The notes beneath the pieces are model-generated. The model was not told the origin of the DNA and did no database searches. It was given only the letters and a program-made list of their open reading frames with translations. A program made the position numbers and the translations under genes. A stretch of DNA of 64,000 nt, the filler included, from Basidiobolus ranarum (lineage: Eukaryota), in NCBI GenBank assembly GCA_040143965.1. It is 26 parts of 26 records of this genome, joined end to end, with 100 filler letters (N's around TTAATTAATTAA, not from the genome) between each part and the next. Parts side by side here need not be neighbours in the genome. Positions count along the whole stretch, not along the records: positions 37,046 to 39,409 come from JASJQH010003422.1; positions 39,510 to 41,873 come from JASJQH010003423.1; positions 41,974 to 44,335 come from JASJQH010003424.1; positions 44,436 to 46,797 come from JASJQH010003425.1; positions 46,898 to 49,258 come from JASJQH010003426.1; positions 49,359 to 51,718 come from JASJQH010003427.1; positions 51,819 to 54,178 come from JASJQH010003428.1; 19 more parts are not named here. The stretch is one strand, 5' to 3'. This document shows positions 38,906-52,214 of this stretch, piece after piece. Within the stretch, counting starts at the first letter, position 1. Each line of letters begins with the position of its first letter.

Positions 38906-39509
38906 TCAAAAACCTGTTGTATCATGATTCTGATCTTTGCATACTGATCCACTGCAAATAGAACTCTTCTATTATTGTATTATGACATCATATCTGCTGT
39001 GCCATCCCTTCTTGTCAATTTTGTGTTAGTTCATCCAGATTAACTTATATGGAACTCATGTTCTTTGGAACATTCCATGAAGCCTACAAATCATGACATC
39101 CCACATATGGTGTATTTCTGCCAAGACTTTCCAAGGAAGGTCACCTGATCATCCTTACATCATTGCTTTTTGTATGGGTCCTTGTAGTCCCTAGCACCTC
39201 AACACTTGAACTTGCCACAAAATATTACCTATTCAGTATATTATGGTTCACCCTGCAATATCTATATAAGCCCAATGTATTCCTTGATCAAATCCCAGTC
39301 TTATCAACACCATTTATCAATAAAGATTCTTGCCAAAGTATCTTCCCTGTCCAGTCTTGTCTTATCTTGTCTTGTGGTCTACACCCAAGTACTCTCCTGC
39401 CTTCTAGCCNNNNNNNNNNNNNNNNNNNNNNNNNNNNNNNNNNNNNNNNNNNNTTAATTAATTAANNNNNNNNNNNNNNNNNNNNNNNNNNNNNNNNNNN
39501 NNNNNNNNN

Positions 39510-40860
39510 TATGTTAAGGAAGGTCCCAGGAACATGTGTGCAAAGTTTGGGGCTTCTAGCACAAGTTTGAAAAATCTATGTATCTGAGAACTTCTAAGTT
39601 GGTAAAAATATTCTAAGTAAGTTCCGATTGAGAATAACTGATAATATCTTAGTGAATTATAAGATAACTAAGTACTAAGCTATATATGACTATATAGGTG
39701 TTTAGGCAATGCTAATTTCAACAGTATTCTGCTTCTGTTGTTGAAAGTGCTATGGTAGGTCTTTTCTTTGAATTCCAAGAAATAGCTCCTATACAGCAAA
39801 GAAATAAGTATCCTGTTGTAGATCTCCTGTCTTCAATATCTCTTCCCTAATTTACATCTAAATATCCCATCAGATCAAGGTCTGATCCAGAATATGTTTA
39901 TTTTAAGCACAGATCCATAGACATTACAGAGAGTGCAAGCTTATGGCTCATAACCAGTTAAAGTATTTTGTAGCCTGTTTGAAGTTGTATATAGAATTAG
40001 AGGAATTGGTTGTTTTCACTTATTTATTGATTGAGTGGAAGGTAACATTTATAGTTTTGTTGAGTAGTATACAAACTACCATGTATAATGTGCTAAGGAA
40101 GTTTGCAGGAACATTTGTGCAAAGTTTGTGGCTTCTACCACAAGTTTGAGAAATCTATATATATGAGAATTTCTAAGTTCGTTAAAATATTCTAAGTTTT
40201 AATTGAGAAAAACAGATAACACCTTACTGAATTGTAAGAGAACTAAGCACTATTGAAATTACAACTTCTGGTACCAATTCAGGCAACAAGCCACCTCAGG
40301 CTTGTTTGAGTAAACCGTTGTTGAAATTAGCATTGTCTGAGCACCTATATAGTCATATATAGCTTAGTAATTAGTTATCTTATATTTCACTAGGATATTA
40401 CCCATTATTCTCAATCAGAGTGTATTTATAATGGACTTGTTTCTTTGTGCTAGGATTTATCAGACCTTGGATCAATATATTAGAGAAACAAGATTGAAAT
40501 TGAGCATGCCAGAGGGTGCTGGATAGTGGCAAATTGTTCCACATAAAATCTAGATTGCTTTATCCAATATGATATATACAGCACAATCTGGCACTATCAC
40601 AGGGAACAAGCCCAACATTGTTATCAACTTAGATGTTCACAAATATATCATCCTTCAAACTTGTGGTAGAAGCTCCAAACAATGCACAAATGTTCCTGGG
40701 ACCTTCCTTAGCACATTCTACATGTTGGTTTGTTTACAACTTGACAAAACTATAAATGTCAAATTTCTACTTAATCATTCAATCAGTGAAAACCACCAAT
40801 TTCTCTAAATCTCCAAACCACTTCCAACAGGCTCCCAAATACATTAACAAGTATAAGTTA
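39510..40860. mobile_element. cluster of copia LTR family F (three copies), PBS, RNase H fragment and inserted MITE
   Basis: TGTTGAAATTAGCATTG termini at 39723 (-) and about 40318 (+); GGTTATGAGCC (minus) at 39946-39956; RRSTTGY...IALSTTEAEY at 39724-39900 (-). Confidence 0.8.
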
Positions 40861-41748
40861 GATATTTCCATTTTTTCTCTCTGATCAATATTGGGGGAGA
40901 AAAAGCAAGATATTCATCAATTCTTGGTTGTTGTTCTGGATCCCACATTGCTCTGATTGAAACTTTTTCTTCATTAGCAAAAGCCATTTCTCTTGACTTG
41001 ATTAACCTCTATATTTCAGTATCCTATAGGCTGTACACTGTTGTTCCAGCACAATAACCCATGAAAAGACACTTCTGGCTTTACCTTAGCAAAAATAAAA
41101 TTGCTTTGATCCAGATCAGATCCACCCTTCTAAAGTGCAAAACTATCAGAGAACCATCACAATATTGGTTGCTTGTGCTCTGCCAGAGATTTTGATGGTG
41201 TGACAGTGGTTTCTTTATGGTATTTTAACAGATTCATACATATTAAAATATTGATCTTCATATTTGGCATGTCTTAATTTCTGGCAGTTTTTGCAAAAAA
41301 GTAATTTTAAAAAGGCAAATTACTGGGTTTACTGCTGTAGGAATTCAAATTAATATGCATGCCTTTATTTAGATATTTTTGGCTTTGTATTCCAGCCATA
41401 ATGAGAATTAAAAAATACAAGAATATTATTATGTTTAGTCTCTACCAATGCACATACTTGACTGATCAGACATAACTCAACAACATCAATATACTTTACC
41501 AGCAAACTAATACTATATATTCTGGGAGTTCCCAATGGAGTGCATCTGGGTCAAATGATGCTCCATGTGAAACTGTCAGTGTTACAATATGCTAATCTGA
41601 TTAACAATGTATCAGCAAAATCAGTGATGGATGTAATGTTATGGGTTAATGAGACTTGGGAGTTTACTAATCTTCCAACCAAGGGCTCTTTTCAATGTAC
41701 TCATGGGTTTTCTTATTGTTTCTGTTGAAATTATTTAGAGATAAATAT

Positions 41749-41821
41749 TGGTCTGGCCAGGGTTTGAACCTGGGGCCTCCTTCACTCTAGCAAGGTGCTC
41801 TAACCACTGAGCTACCAGTCC
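41749..41821 (-). ncRNA. tRNA-like cloverleaf (73 nt, AGA at the anticodon position, short variable loop); probable pseudo-tRNA or element-borne Pol III promoter
   Basis: GGACTGG TA GCTC AGTGGTTA GAGC A CCTTG CTAGAGT GAAGG AGGCC CCAGG TTCAAAC CCTGG CCAGACC A. D and T stems perfect, one mismatch each in acceptor and anticodon stems, A and B boxes intact. Confidence 0.8.
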
Positions 41822-41973
41822 TTGTATGCTATGCCTATATTGCTAGGGAACCTTAACCTAGTCTGTCAATGTANNNNNNNNNNNNNNNNNNNNNNNNNNN
41901 NNNNNNNNNNNNNNNNNTTAATTAATTAANNNNNNNNNNNNNNNNNNNNNNNNNNNNNNNNNNNNNNNNNNNN

Positions 41974-44295
41974 AGTGGTGGTAGATATTCAACCCCTTAC
42001 TCGAGTAAAGCCTAGTGTAACGCCTACTCGGAAAGCAACGAGACAATCAACTAAGACACCTAACACTCGTTCAGCCAAAAGTAAGAGTAATGTAAAAGGA
42101 AAAAACTCCTCGAAAGAACCCGCCTCACCTCAATATTCTGAAAGTACAGAATTGTCTGAGGAATCAGATTCGGAATTTGGCTCAGACTTGAGCGACTTTG
42201 AACCACTTCCAAAATCAACCCCACGTAAAAGAGGGAAGGCCAATACAGGGCAAGGTAGTACCTCAGCAAAGAAGCGCAAAACACCTACAAGAAATAATCG
42301 TATAGATGAAGTGCCTACTAGCCCTGACCGAGAAGTTCAATCGAGTACAGGTAAACTAAAAAGTGAACGTCGTGTCAGTCCACCACCGTTACCAACTCCT
42401 ATCGAAACGAACTCCGAAGAAGCCTTCGATTTAGAACTAGATTTGAACCCAGACCTGAATTCTGATTCAGAAATTCCCATAGGCGATACTACGCCTATCC
42501 GTAAACGAAGCTCTGATATTCATTTAAAAGGCGATGAAAGTTCGTTCACTCAGAAAAAACAAAGAAAATCAACACAATCAACGAGTAATCACGTCGGAAA
42601 CCTAGATGATAACTTAGGAACTGGCGACACGAAGACAGAATTGGAAGAGGCAGTTGACTTTGAACCAGGTCCGGCGAAAACTCATTCTACCATTAAAAAA
42701 GAACCAATCAGTAATAGCAAGATCCAGAATGCGGTGGCAAGTGCAAAAAAGAGATATGTGAGAAAAGGTAAGACTACGAACGAACCAATGGATACAAACG
42801 CTACCGACAAGCCTCAGCTTTCACCAGAAGGGAAGTCTTCAAGCGTGGTTAAGTCCAAGTTTTTTGAAAACTCAGATGCTGCGGCGCCACAAATCTCCAG
42901 AAAAGTGGTAATCAAATCACAAAATACACTTGTTAATGATACCGTACAAAAAGAAAATATCACTAAAGGCCAGCCTGGAGGATCGTCGGGACAATCGTCA
43001 GCATCAGTCTCAGCAGAGTTGTCTGTTATCGAAACCAGGGAAGAAGAGCTGGATGAAGACAGCGAAGAGGAAGAGGACTGGGAAGAGGTTGCAGTTCCAG
43101 GAAAAAGCGAGGATAATTCAGCAACGATTACAGGTTAGTACTACTGAAATATAACCATGTACACCTGTTCTTACCTCTCGTTGGAGATTAGAAAGCCAAC
43201 TGTCTGTAGATGAGTCTTCTAACGAATCCAAATTCAAAACCTTGACAATCACACTGGACACGCCACAAGTTAAACAAAGGTATTTTCATATTTGAGAAGT
43301 CGATTTTTATTCATCCTCACTGTATCCTCAATTTAGAGTAAAGTCTTCCGGCCTCTCCAGGATGGAGCGTCTCATTCGCCTTGAAACTCACAAAACTCAT
43401 CTCTTATGTCTTTTATCAAATGGCAGTTACCGCAATCAAATATGTAACAATGTGGAGCTTCGAAGCTTTAGTCTTTCCATTCTTCCACAGGAAATTTACA
43501 AATCTCTGTGTCTCGAAACCAGAAAAGATACTGTAATTGTCAAGCACAGCAGATTCTTAGCTGCACTCGAGAAGTTGACGCTTTGGTGGGGCGACTATTT
43601 CGAAGTAGTAGACAGTGAAAGCCGAGTTGAGGGTGACGAAACCATTGTACGTATAGCCCGTTTGATTCTACACGATTCAGATATATTAAGTGTGCTTTTA
43701 GGTTGATTCCGATACAATCGAGCACTCGATGGATATCCAGCATCTAGTTAATTCATTTAGTTATCCCCGAGGGGATTCCGAGATTTCTACCCAGCTATTT
43801 GTGTCTTTGTGCCGTGCTATAGGTCTGTCAGCCAGGCTTATCATTTCTCTCCAGCCTTCACCTTTGAAAAGCCCAGGGAACTCTAAGGAAGTCGGCAGCT
43901 CGGATGTTTCTAGTTCTGCATCTTCCCCAAAGGTATCCAAGAAATCATCTAAAAAAAAGGAGAAAGTCAAGAGCGCCCCCAACGGCTCAGAGAAAAGTGT
44001 GATGAAATATATCAAAGATGGATTCACGACAAGTAGAAGTAAGTACTTTGGACCAAATGGCGAAGGTGCGTTTATATTTGCTACTTTATAAATGTTCATC
44101 ATTGTCAAACTTACGGTATCATTATCATGATGAAGTAAGCGGAGAGACGCCCTTATTTTGGGCCGAAGTTCTCTCTCCATACAACAACAAGTGGATATCA
44201 ATAGACTGCGTCCGTGGATTAGTGAATAGAGTCGCTGAAATGGAGCCACCGGCGGATAGTCCCCGTAGTGTGGGTTTTGTTGTCGGAGTTGAGTC
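41974..44295 (+). CDS. RAD4: DNA repair protein Rad4/XPC, internal part
   Basis: Introns 43134-43191, 43280-43336, 43647-43701 and 44066-44135 (last acceptor less certain). Disordered N-terminus with EEDWEEV, then HKTHLLCLL...RNQICN, QLFVSLCRAIGLSARLIISLQP and FWAEV...KWISID motifs. Confidence 0.9.
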
Positions 44296-44748
44296 GGGGA
44301 TGAATAGAGGCAACGGCGTCCAGGGGGGGTGGTGGNNNNNNNNNNNNNNNNNNNNNNNNNNNNNNNNNNNNNNNNNNNNTTAATTAATTAANNNNNNNNN
44401 NNNNNNNNNNNNNNNNNNNNNNNNNNNNNNNNNNNCCACCTCAGCCCTTTCTTCCACCACCGCCATCCGAAGATAGACAAAAAAACAAGGGAACAATCTA
44501 CTCAGGAGACCCGACAGCCACTACGTGGATTATTAAATTGATTCTACTGATCTGGAAAGGTTAATTGTATATACAATGGTTGGTTCAGATATGACCTTAA
44601 AACGTAACTAGATCGACAGTTTATGATTGTGCATGGCCTACCCTTGCAAGCCAAGAGCAGCGAATTTATTAATGAGGTTGGAAGTGTTGATTGAACTGCT
44701 TTCTTTCGCCCAGGTTTAGAGACAAAAATTACATATAGCGGCTTTCGC

Positions 44749-45228
44749 TTAAAGTGACAAACGGCTTGGGATAATTTCAATCCAATAACCATCAGGATCA
44801 GTGATGAATGCAATATCTTTCATACTTCCGTCTTCGGGACGTTTAACAAAGTTTACGTTCAATGTATCGAATCTTTCACATGCCTTTTCAACGTTATCAA
44901 CAGCGATGGCAATATGACCAAATCCGCGGGGTTCCTTGTTGCCATTGTGGTAACCTTCGAATGAATCGTCATTCTCGGTACCCCAGTTATGAGTAAGCTC
45001 TAACATACCAGGACGTGAAAACACCCAGGCGGAACGTTCTTCTTTAGCCTCTGGAATCTTCTCTTCGGTATAGGCAAGGAAGTAAAGAGTAAATTTGCTG
45101 CTTTCAAAGTCCTTCTGGTGGACCAATTTCATTCCTAACACCTGAGTGTAAAAGTCCAAGGACTTCTTGGCGTCTTTGACGCGAAGCATGGTGTGATTAA
45201 ACACATACTTGCTTGTATCAGTAGACAT
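44749..45228 (-). CDS. GLO1: lactoylglutathione lyase (glyoxalase I), single domain, 159 aa
   Basis: [30 protein letters not shown] and DPDGYWIE motifs; TATA box about 70 bp upstream. Confidence 0.96.
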   Translation of the reverse strand: MSTDTSKYVFNHTMLRVKDAKKSLDFYTQVLGMKLVHQKDFESSKFTLYFLAYTEEKIPEAKEERSAWVFSRPGMLELTHNWGTENDDSFEGYHNGNKEPRGFGHIAIAVDNVEKACERFDTLNVNFVKRPEDGSMKDIAFITDPDGYWIEIIPSRLSL

Positions 45229-45845
45229 GATGAGTTTGAACTAAGAGTACAAAGACAGGAGAAAGTGAGATCTACCTGTTAGACTACTGCATATATTTAT
45301 ATACGGTGATGCCGAGTTTTCTGATGAAAATCCACCAATGGTATTGGTTATTAAGTGGAGCGATGGAGCAATAAATACGCATTACTAATGATCAAAAAAG
45401 GAAAATACACATTTCCTTAGTAAGCCATGTTTAGTGAGTATTTGTTAAGTTATAAGGACTACCGCAATATTAACGTAAATTTATTTACACATCGAATACT
45501 AAGTTGTCTAGTCTGATACCTATGAGGGCAAAGGATGATGTATTATCGAGTCATCCATTAGTCACCTCTACACATTTACGCATAGCTCTCTCGGGATTAC
45601 AATGTATTAAAAGATTCAATATTTATTGAACAAGGATGTATAAGAATGGTGGCTGGTAATCACAAAATGAATAAAGGATAAAGGGGAGAGGAAGAAACGA
45701 TATCAAAATATGCAAAGGGCTATTAGTCCAGATCGATTCTGTGTTGAGAAATGTATATGTATACGGTAATAAAAGTAGACCTTATACTAGAGTTTTTGAA
45801 GGAGGTATATAACTTTTAAAATGTAGATAGTGCTTGGAAAACTCT

Positions 45846-46311
45846 TTATGCAAGTTCAAAGCTAGTTGGAATATCTTCGCTACTCTCTTTAGCCAGCTGA
45901 GATAGGCCTTCTTTGTGTGGGGGACTTTGGGCTGCGGTAATCGGTACCACAGGTGGACTTTGCGGATGGGGAATGGTGTCTGGGCTAGGATGAATTGAGC
46001 CAACTTCAGCTGCTGAGGTTTTACCTGCTTTTTGTAGAGCGTAATCTCCAGAATCAAAGTACTTACGGTCCTAATAACGACAAGTTAGTAAAATAAGCGA
46101 CATGGGTGAAACTACATTTTACCTACCTTTAGCTTACGGTTCACTAAATCTTTACCGCTTGGCAAACGGCCGTACATTTTGAATATCTTCTTCTCTTCAT
46201 CACTGAGTTTCTAAGGAGGTATTATTGTTATGATTCGACCGTAAAGTAACCTCGCAATGTAAGTGAAATACTTACACTCAAATCAACTTTGTTTTGTCTA
46301 GAAGGGAGCAT
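45846..46311 (-). CDS. IGO1: endosulfine/ARPP19-family mRNA-stability protein and PP2A inhibitor (Igo1/Igo2-like), 114 aa, 3 exons
   Basis: Exons 46311-46276, 46210-46127 and 46070-45846; GTAAGT and GTAGGT donors, TACTAAC branch site. Protein MLPSRQNKVDLSKLSDEEKKIFKMYGRLP...DRKYFDSGDYAL. Confidence 0.93.
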
Positions 46312-48781
46312 GTTGGTCGTGAGTTAGGTGACCTGGGCTTGAGGAAGTCTAATGAAACGTGATAGCTTGGCTTACAAGGAGAAGAATATGTCTCACAAAT
46401 GAAGTCAGTTTATTGAATTCCAATCATTTCCACCTCACTTCATATAAATCTTCGATTTTATTCCTTGTAAAGTAAAAACGTGACCCTCTGTGGGGTGATC
46501 CTGACATTAGCGACCAAATAGGTACATCCTAGACTCTCCACCTATCGAGTACGTACACAATGAAGAGAGCAACTGCAATATAGATTTAATTTATTAATGG
46601 GTGTACAATTTTAATACCGACAAATATTGATGACGGCAATACAGTAACCAAGACATAATTCTACATGGATTCACTCAATATGTAACGTGACCTCACCCCC
46701 TCCCTCTAGGGGATAAATATTGCCTCAAAGCTGAGGCACAAGCTTTTGAAGAGCTAGCCTGTTAGCTAGTCTATCCACCCAATGAGAGCAATTTCTGNNN
46801 NNNNNNNNNNNNNNNNNNNNNNNNNNNNNNNNNNNNNNNNNTTAATTAATTAANNNNNNNNNNNNNNNNNNNNNNNNNNNNNNNNNNNNNNNNNNNNGTG
46901 CCACTCTGTATTAAGTTCTTCCCAGATATCTGCATGGTCAACACCAGACTGAATGTCAAGTTGAATGTTCTTCTTCTGAAGCCACTTTCTGCATACTTGC
47001 ACTGCATTATTCCCTACATACTTTTGAAAATACTCATTAAGCACTTTGACTATTTTTTTACATCAAAATCTCCAGCAGAATACAGGCCATTGATATTATG
47101 ATGGTGCTTTAATGCATCTGTGGTCCATGAGGGTGGATCCAATACAGACCACAAGATTTTTTTCCTGGGGGACTGAGTGCAGCAGCTGCAATGAGGCTTC
47201 CTTTCTACCCTCTAGCAAGTGTTGCTCCTATTCAACAAGTATACTATTGATTGACAAACTAAAGAACAACATGAAATCATCCAAATATGGAGCATTAATA
47301 CTTTCAGAGTTCTATATCAAGCTACTGATGGTGTGTGTGAAACATTAGATGAACTTCACCACAAATATCTCTGTAAATGGACATTTCAAAGGATACTTTC
47401 AACATCCATTAGGCTAGATTTGATGATTATTCCTTTGAATTACTATACCACAATCAAAGCCTGTTTGACAGTAATTCTGCTCATTGTGAATCCCCCACTG
47501 ACTGAGTGGTATAAGGGTCAAAATATCACTATGTTCCTACTGATATCTGGCTAGAAAACATGTAGTAAACATCTTAGTTTGCTACAGCAACTGAAAAATG
47601 AATATTGGTGACTGTGCTAAGAGGTGCATAGAAGATCATGTAGTACAAGGGCATTACTCAGTCTGAAATCAAGGTAGCAGAGTAGTCTTGATATTAATTG
47701 ATACAATAGAACAGTCAAGAGCAGCATCTTTGAGCTATTTATGAAGGAAATACTATAAGAGTAGGACTAACCATTAAGGGTCTTGAGAAAAACAGTATAT
47801 TGCCTCCTAATAGTACAGCATACATTTGATAGGCTGTCAGGATTGAAATTCTGTAGATGCTTGTGAGTACTATGCCTTCATAGAATTACGGAGGAATATT
47901 GAACTTGTTGTGACATGTTGTGAAGGGCACAGAAGACTCAGATATTTGCAAGTTGATTCACATGCTTTTGGTATATGTCAGGCAAGAAAGATTGGTTATG
48001 CAGTTGAAACCCAATGCAAATATGGAAAGTGTACTTTAGAGATGGCTGTGCACTATTTGCAGTTTGTAGCATCACAGTTGAGCCCAGTTCAAACAGGAAC
48101 ATAACTGAATTATCTACAAATTTTTTTGCTGTGATCTATGCTCCAAGTATAGCAATAAAACAGGATCATTAAACACAGCAAAGTAGTAACTCAAGGCCAA
48201 CATTATGCTTTGCTAAGTAATGATAACCTAAGATATGAATAAGGAGCTGAATCTGTCTCAACTTAAGTATCTATCAAATGTTGAAGCCTACATATTGGCA
48301 AATTCTGGCTCAAAAGAGCTCAAAATAAGAACCAAGAATAGTAAATATTTATATGTAGTTGTATTGCACTTGTTCCCATGGTTCTAGTTCAAATATGCTG
48401 TTCAATTTAGACTGCTAGCCTATTACCCAGTTCAATATGTAAGCTACCATGGCCAGGTCCTAAAAGTTATGTATTGGACTCTACAAGGAACAACATGGCA
48501 CCAGACCCCAACTATTGGATAACATGATTTTTACCAATTCATTTGCATTTTTGTTGGCCAATCATTTGTCCCTCACTCACTTTGTATCTGGATCTTCAAT
48601 TTGCCCAAACAGCTCCTACAGCATGAGACACAATGGTTTTATCATACTGGAAGCAAATCAAAGCACTTTGCATGGAATTAATCTGCAATAGGATAGTGCC
48701 AGATTGTGCTATATGTATCATATTGGATCAAGCATTCTAAAATTCATGTGGCAGAGTTTGGCACTATCCAGCTTCCTCTGG

Positions 48782-49258
48782 TGTTGGGTCTGAGAGAAAA
48801 ATGGATAAAAAGTCTTGAACTTAACTGAACCAAAGAAGCAGTTGAGTGCAGAATCTTATGACTATTTAAGCAGGATATATCAGCAGAGCAGATCTAACTT
48901 GTATATGTCTTGGGAATAGCAGTGGGTTGTTATGTTAAGGTAGAGAGTAGGTTTGCTAGGCAGCTAGGCTTGGTGTTCTGTAGGTGCTAGTGACACTGAG
49001 AAGTGTTGAGATCCTATATTTGTTGAGACACACACTAAACCAAAAGGTTTAGTTAGCTTTATTTATACTATTTGCTAGCAGAGTGAATTAGTCAGTGCCA
49101 AGATATTAGATGCCTAATTCTGATAAAAGATAATGTTACTGGATAGATATATAGATAGATAAGTGAGGCATGCAGCAGCTGATGTCTTGACAGTGAAAGA
49201 TCATTGGTAATGAATCTTGTGACTCATATTGACTTGTTTCTAGGCAGATGACTAACAG
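48782..49258. repeat. LTR family G (TGTTG terminus, contains ATAG microsatellite)
   Basis: Homologous to 55988-56637 and to the reverse complement of 51233-51718, which also begins with TGTTG. Confidence 0.7.
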
Positions 49259-49688
49259 NNNNNNNNNNNNNNNNNNNNNNNNNNNNNNNNNNNNNNNNNN
49301 NNTTAATTAATTAANNNNNNNNNNNNNNNNNNNNNNNNNNNNNNNNNNNNNNNNNNNNGTGAATAGCTTTGTGAGATAATTGTTTATTGTCCAGAAATAA
49401 AGCATTTACACTTTTTGATGGAAATACAGAAAAGTAACACTGGGGTTGTGTTCAGAACATCTGTGGGACTAAAATGAGCTATCTTTGGGGCAATTTGGAT
49501 GAGTTTGAAATTTCCAAAATGGAATTGCTAATTCTCACATGATCCACATATATATATAATATATGTTCCGGTCTTCAGCTAAGTGATATTTGACTAAGTA
49601 ATGTTAACTAACTTATATGTGATATACGAAATAGTTAGGTGTATAAAGATAGAGATAATAAATATCATAAAGACAATAAACTTCAACA

Positions 49689-50971
49689 GAAAGCTCATAG
49701 GAAAACCAGCAAACCAAAAGACTCTGAATGTCAGAGCTGCCATCACTTGCTCTGAAGATGAGTGGTTTAACATTTTGGAAACTGTGTGGAATCTTGCCCA
49801 AAATCCCCTGGATTTGAGGCAATCATGGAAAAACCAAAAATCAGGTGTTGTTCCAAAGATTTTTGACTTGTTTCAGGTTGCTTATCCTGGATTTTTGCAA
49901 GCAAATGGCTATTGGGCTAGTATATTCCTATTCATGAAGCATCTCAAAATGTATGCAATTATCAATTTGGAAAAGAAAGAAAAGCAGCTAAAGAAGAACT
50001 CAAGGAGCCAGAAGTTAGTAAACCCAAGGGAAAAGCAAAGGAGCCAGTGAGTTTGGGTGCTACTGTCCCACTTACCAAATTCTTGACACCATTGCAATGA
50101 TCTGCATTACCAGAGTCAGATACATTGGCAAAAAAGCTTAATTTCACCATGAATTCAGGTACACTAGTTGGAAGAGTTATAATTCACAGGTTTATCTGAC
50201 ACCTGGCACCTCTCAACAAGCCAAACCCCCAGCAAATAAAACTCACAGCTCTCCAATCTCAACTGGTACTTTCCTAAGTGTTCAAATTAGCCTCAAAGTT
50301 AAAGGCAAGCAAAAAGCTGCACAATTACCGCTAGGTACCCTTAGTAGTGACACATTACAAGGATGTATGAAAATAGTAAAAGTATTTGGTTGTATTTTCA
50401 AAAGTATAAAGGGAAAAATGCAGTGCAAGTATGCAGAAAGTGGCTTCAGAAGAAGAATATTCAACTTGACATTCAGTCTGTTGTTGACCTTGCAGATATC
50501 TGGGAAGAACTTAATACAGAGTGGCGCAATATTGCAGGGTATCCACCTGATGGCTAGATAAATGTTGATTTAGCAACGTTAATACAATGGTGGGCTTTAA
50601 TGGAGATATTGATACAAACTTGTATTAGACAAGAGCTAAACCTGGGGTATGAAGAAAACTGTAAAAATAGTTAGCAGAATATATCAAAGAAACTAGGAAT
50701 CTCAAAGGTGTTGAATTAGCATTCAAAGGGTAAATGTGCAAAATTTGAGTTACATTGTTTGCACATTCATTGATCCATAGTTTGTGGAGATTGTAGCCAA
50801 TTATGTGCAACTATTTTGCAAGATCTTGAAATCTCACTCCTGAAACCAAAAAAATTGATGAAAATCATATCTAAGTTGACAATTTTATGATGGTAAGTAA
50901 ATGGTCAAACCTAAATAGATTAAAATTGTGATGGTTTTTCTACCATTACAATCCTCAAATATCTGTTAGGG
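49689..50971 (+). mobile_element. CMC element second ORF (3' part) and right terminus ...TCTGTTAGGG
   Basis: WFNILETVWNLAQ...NGYWAS and YFQKYKGKNAVQVCRKWLQ segments recur in at least five contigs and always lead to the same terminus. Confidence 0.7.
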
Positions 50972-52214
50972 GATGTTTTTGAGTTATGTCTGATCAGTCA
51001 AGTATATGCATTTGTAGAAACTGAACACAACAAGATTCTTGTACCTTTTCATTCTCATTACAGCTGGAATACAAAGCCAAAAATATCTACATGAAGGCAT
51101 GCATATTAATATGAATTCCTACAGCAGTAAACTTGGTAATTAGCCATTCAAAACTTATATTTTTGCAAAAATTGCTGGCAATTGAATAATACATGCCAAA
51201 TATGCAGATCATTATTTAATATATATGAATACTGTTGTGCACCAACATACAAAGTTGTTTAAAGTTATACCATATCCATACAACTTGTTTGAATATCTGT
51301 TTAGTTTAAGATTAGCACTAACTAGTCTCCTGACTTTGTCCAGCGACTTTATCATGTGACCTATCACCTGACTAACTATCTATTTTCTTATCCCTTCTAT
51401 CAGATCACATGACTAATTAAATGATCATTATCCAATCAGTATTAACCTCTGAGTCATCTGCCTAGACACAAGTCAATATGAGTTACAAGATTCATAACCA
51501 TTGATCTTTCACTGCCAAGACTTCAGCTGATGCATGACTCACTTATCTATATATATATCTATCCAATCACATCATCTTTTATCAGAATTAGCCATCTAAT
51601 ATCTTGGCAGAGACTAATTCACTTTGCCATCAAAAAGTATAAATAAAGGTAACTGAACCTTTTGGTTTAGTGTGTGTCTCAATGAATATAGGATCATAAC
51701 ACTTCTCAGTGTTTCTCANNNNNNNNNNNNNNNNNNNNNNNNNNNNNNNNNNNNNNNNNNNNTTAATTAATTAANNNNNNNNNNNNNNNNNNNNNNNNNN
51801 NNNNNNNNNNNNNNNNNNGGCTGAGCTTAAAGTTGTTTTTGATTGGTTATACCCTTTTTATCTGATCATTCTCAATGGACACTGAAGCCAGTATATTCTT
51901 TTGTTAGGCATCAGATTATTATTCAACACAAAGCTGGACACTGCATTGTGGTTTATCAGCCCTTAGACATTTCTAGAGGCTTGATTCCCCTTTTCAAAGA
52001 CCCAAGAGGCAAGAGACAGACCCATATTACAGTACATCCCAGAGTTATTCAACCATGGTTATTGCATCCTTTGAAAACCTCACACAACCTGTAGGATATT
52101 AAAGTTATAGTTGCTACTTACACCCTAAAACAACTACAACATGGGGGAACAAAAACCAACCCAAAAGATTGATAATCAGCTTGTTATGAGCCCAATAATT
52201 GAAAATATCATCAA

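Noticed and set aside
41749..41821. Functional tRNA-Ser(AGA), or evidence of codon reassignment
   Set aside because: No long variable arm, two stem mismatches, no terminator, transposon context; host genes translate normally with the standard code.
4951..45228. Methylglyoxal-detoxification cluster (Hsp31 plus GLO1)
   Set aside because: The genes are on different, unlinked contigs; co-occurrence results from size sorting.
45782..46057. 91-aa ORF-track protein
   Set aside because: Wrong frame over exon 3 of the endosulfine gene.
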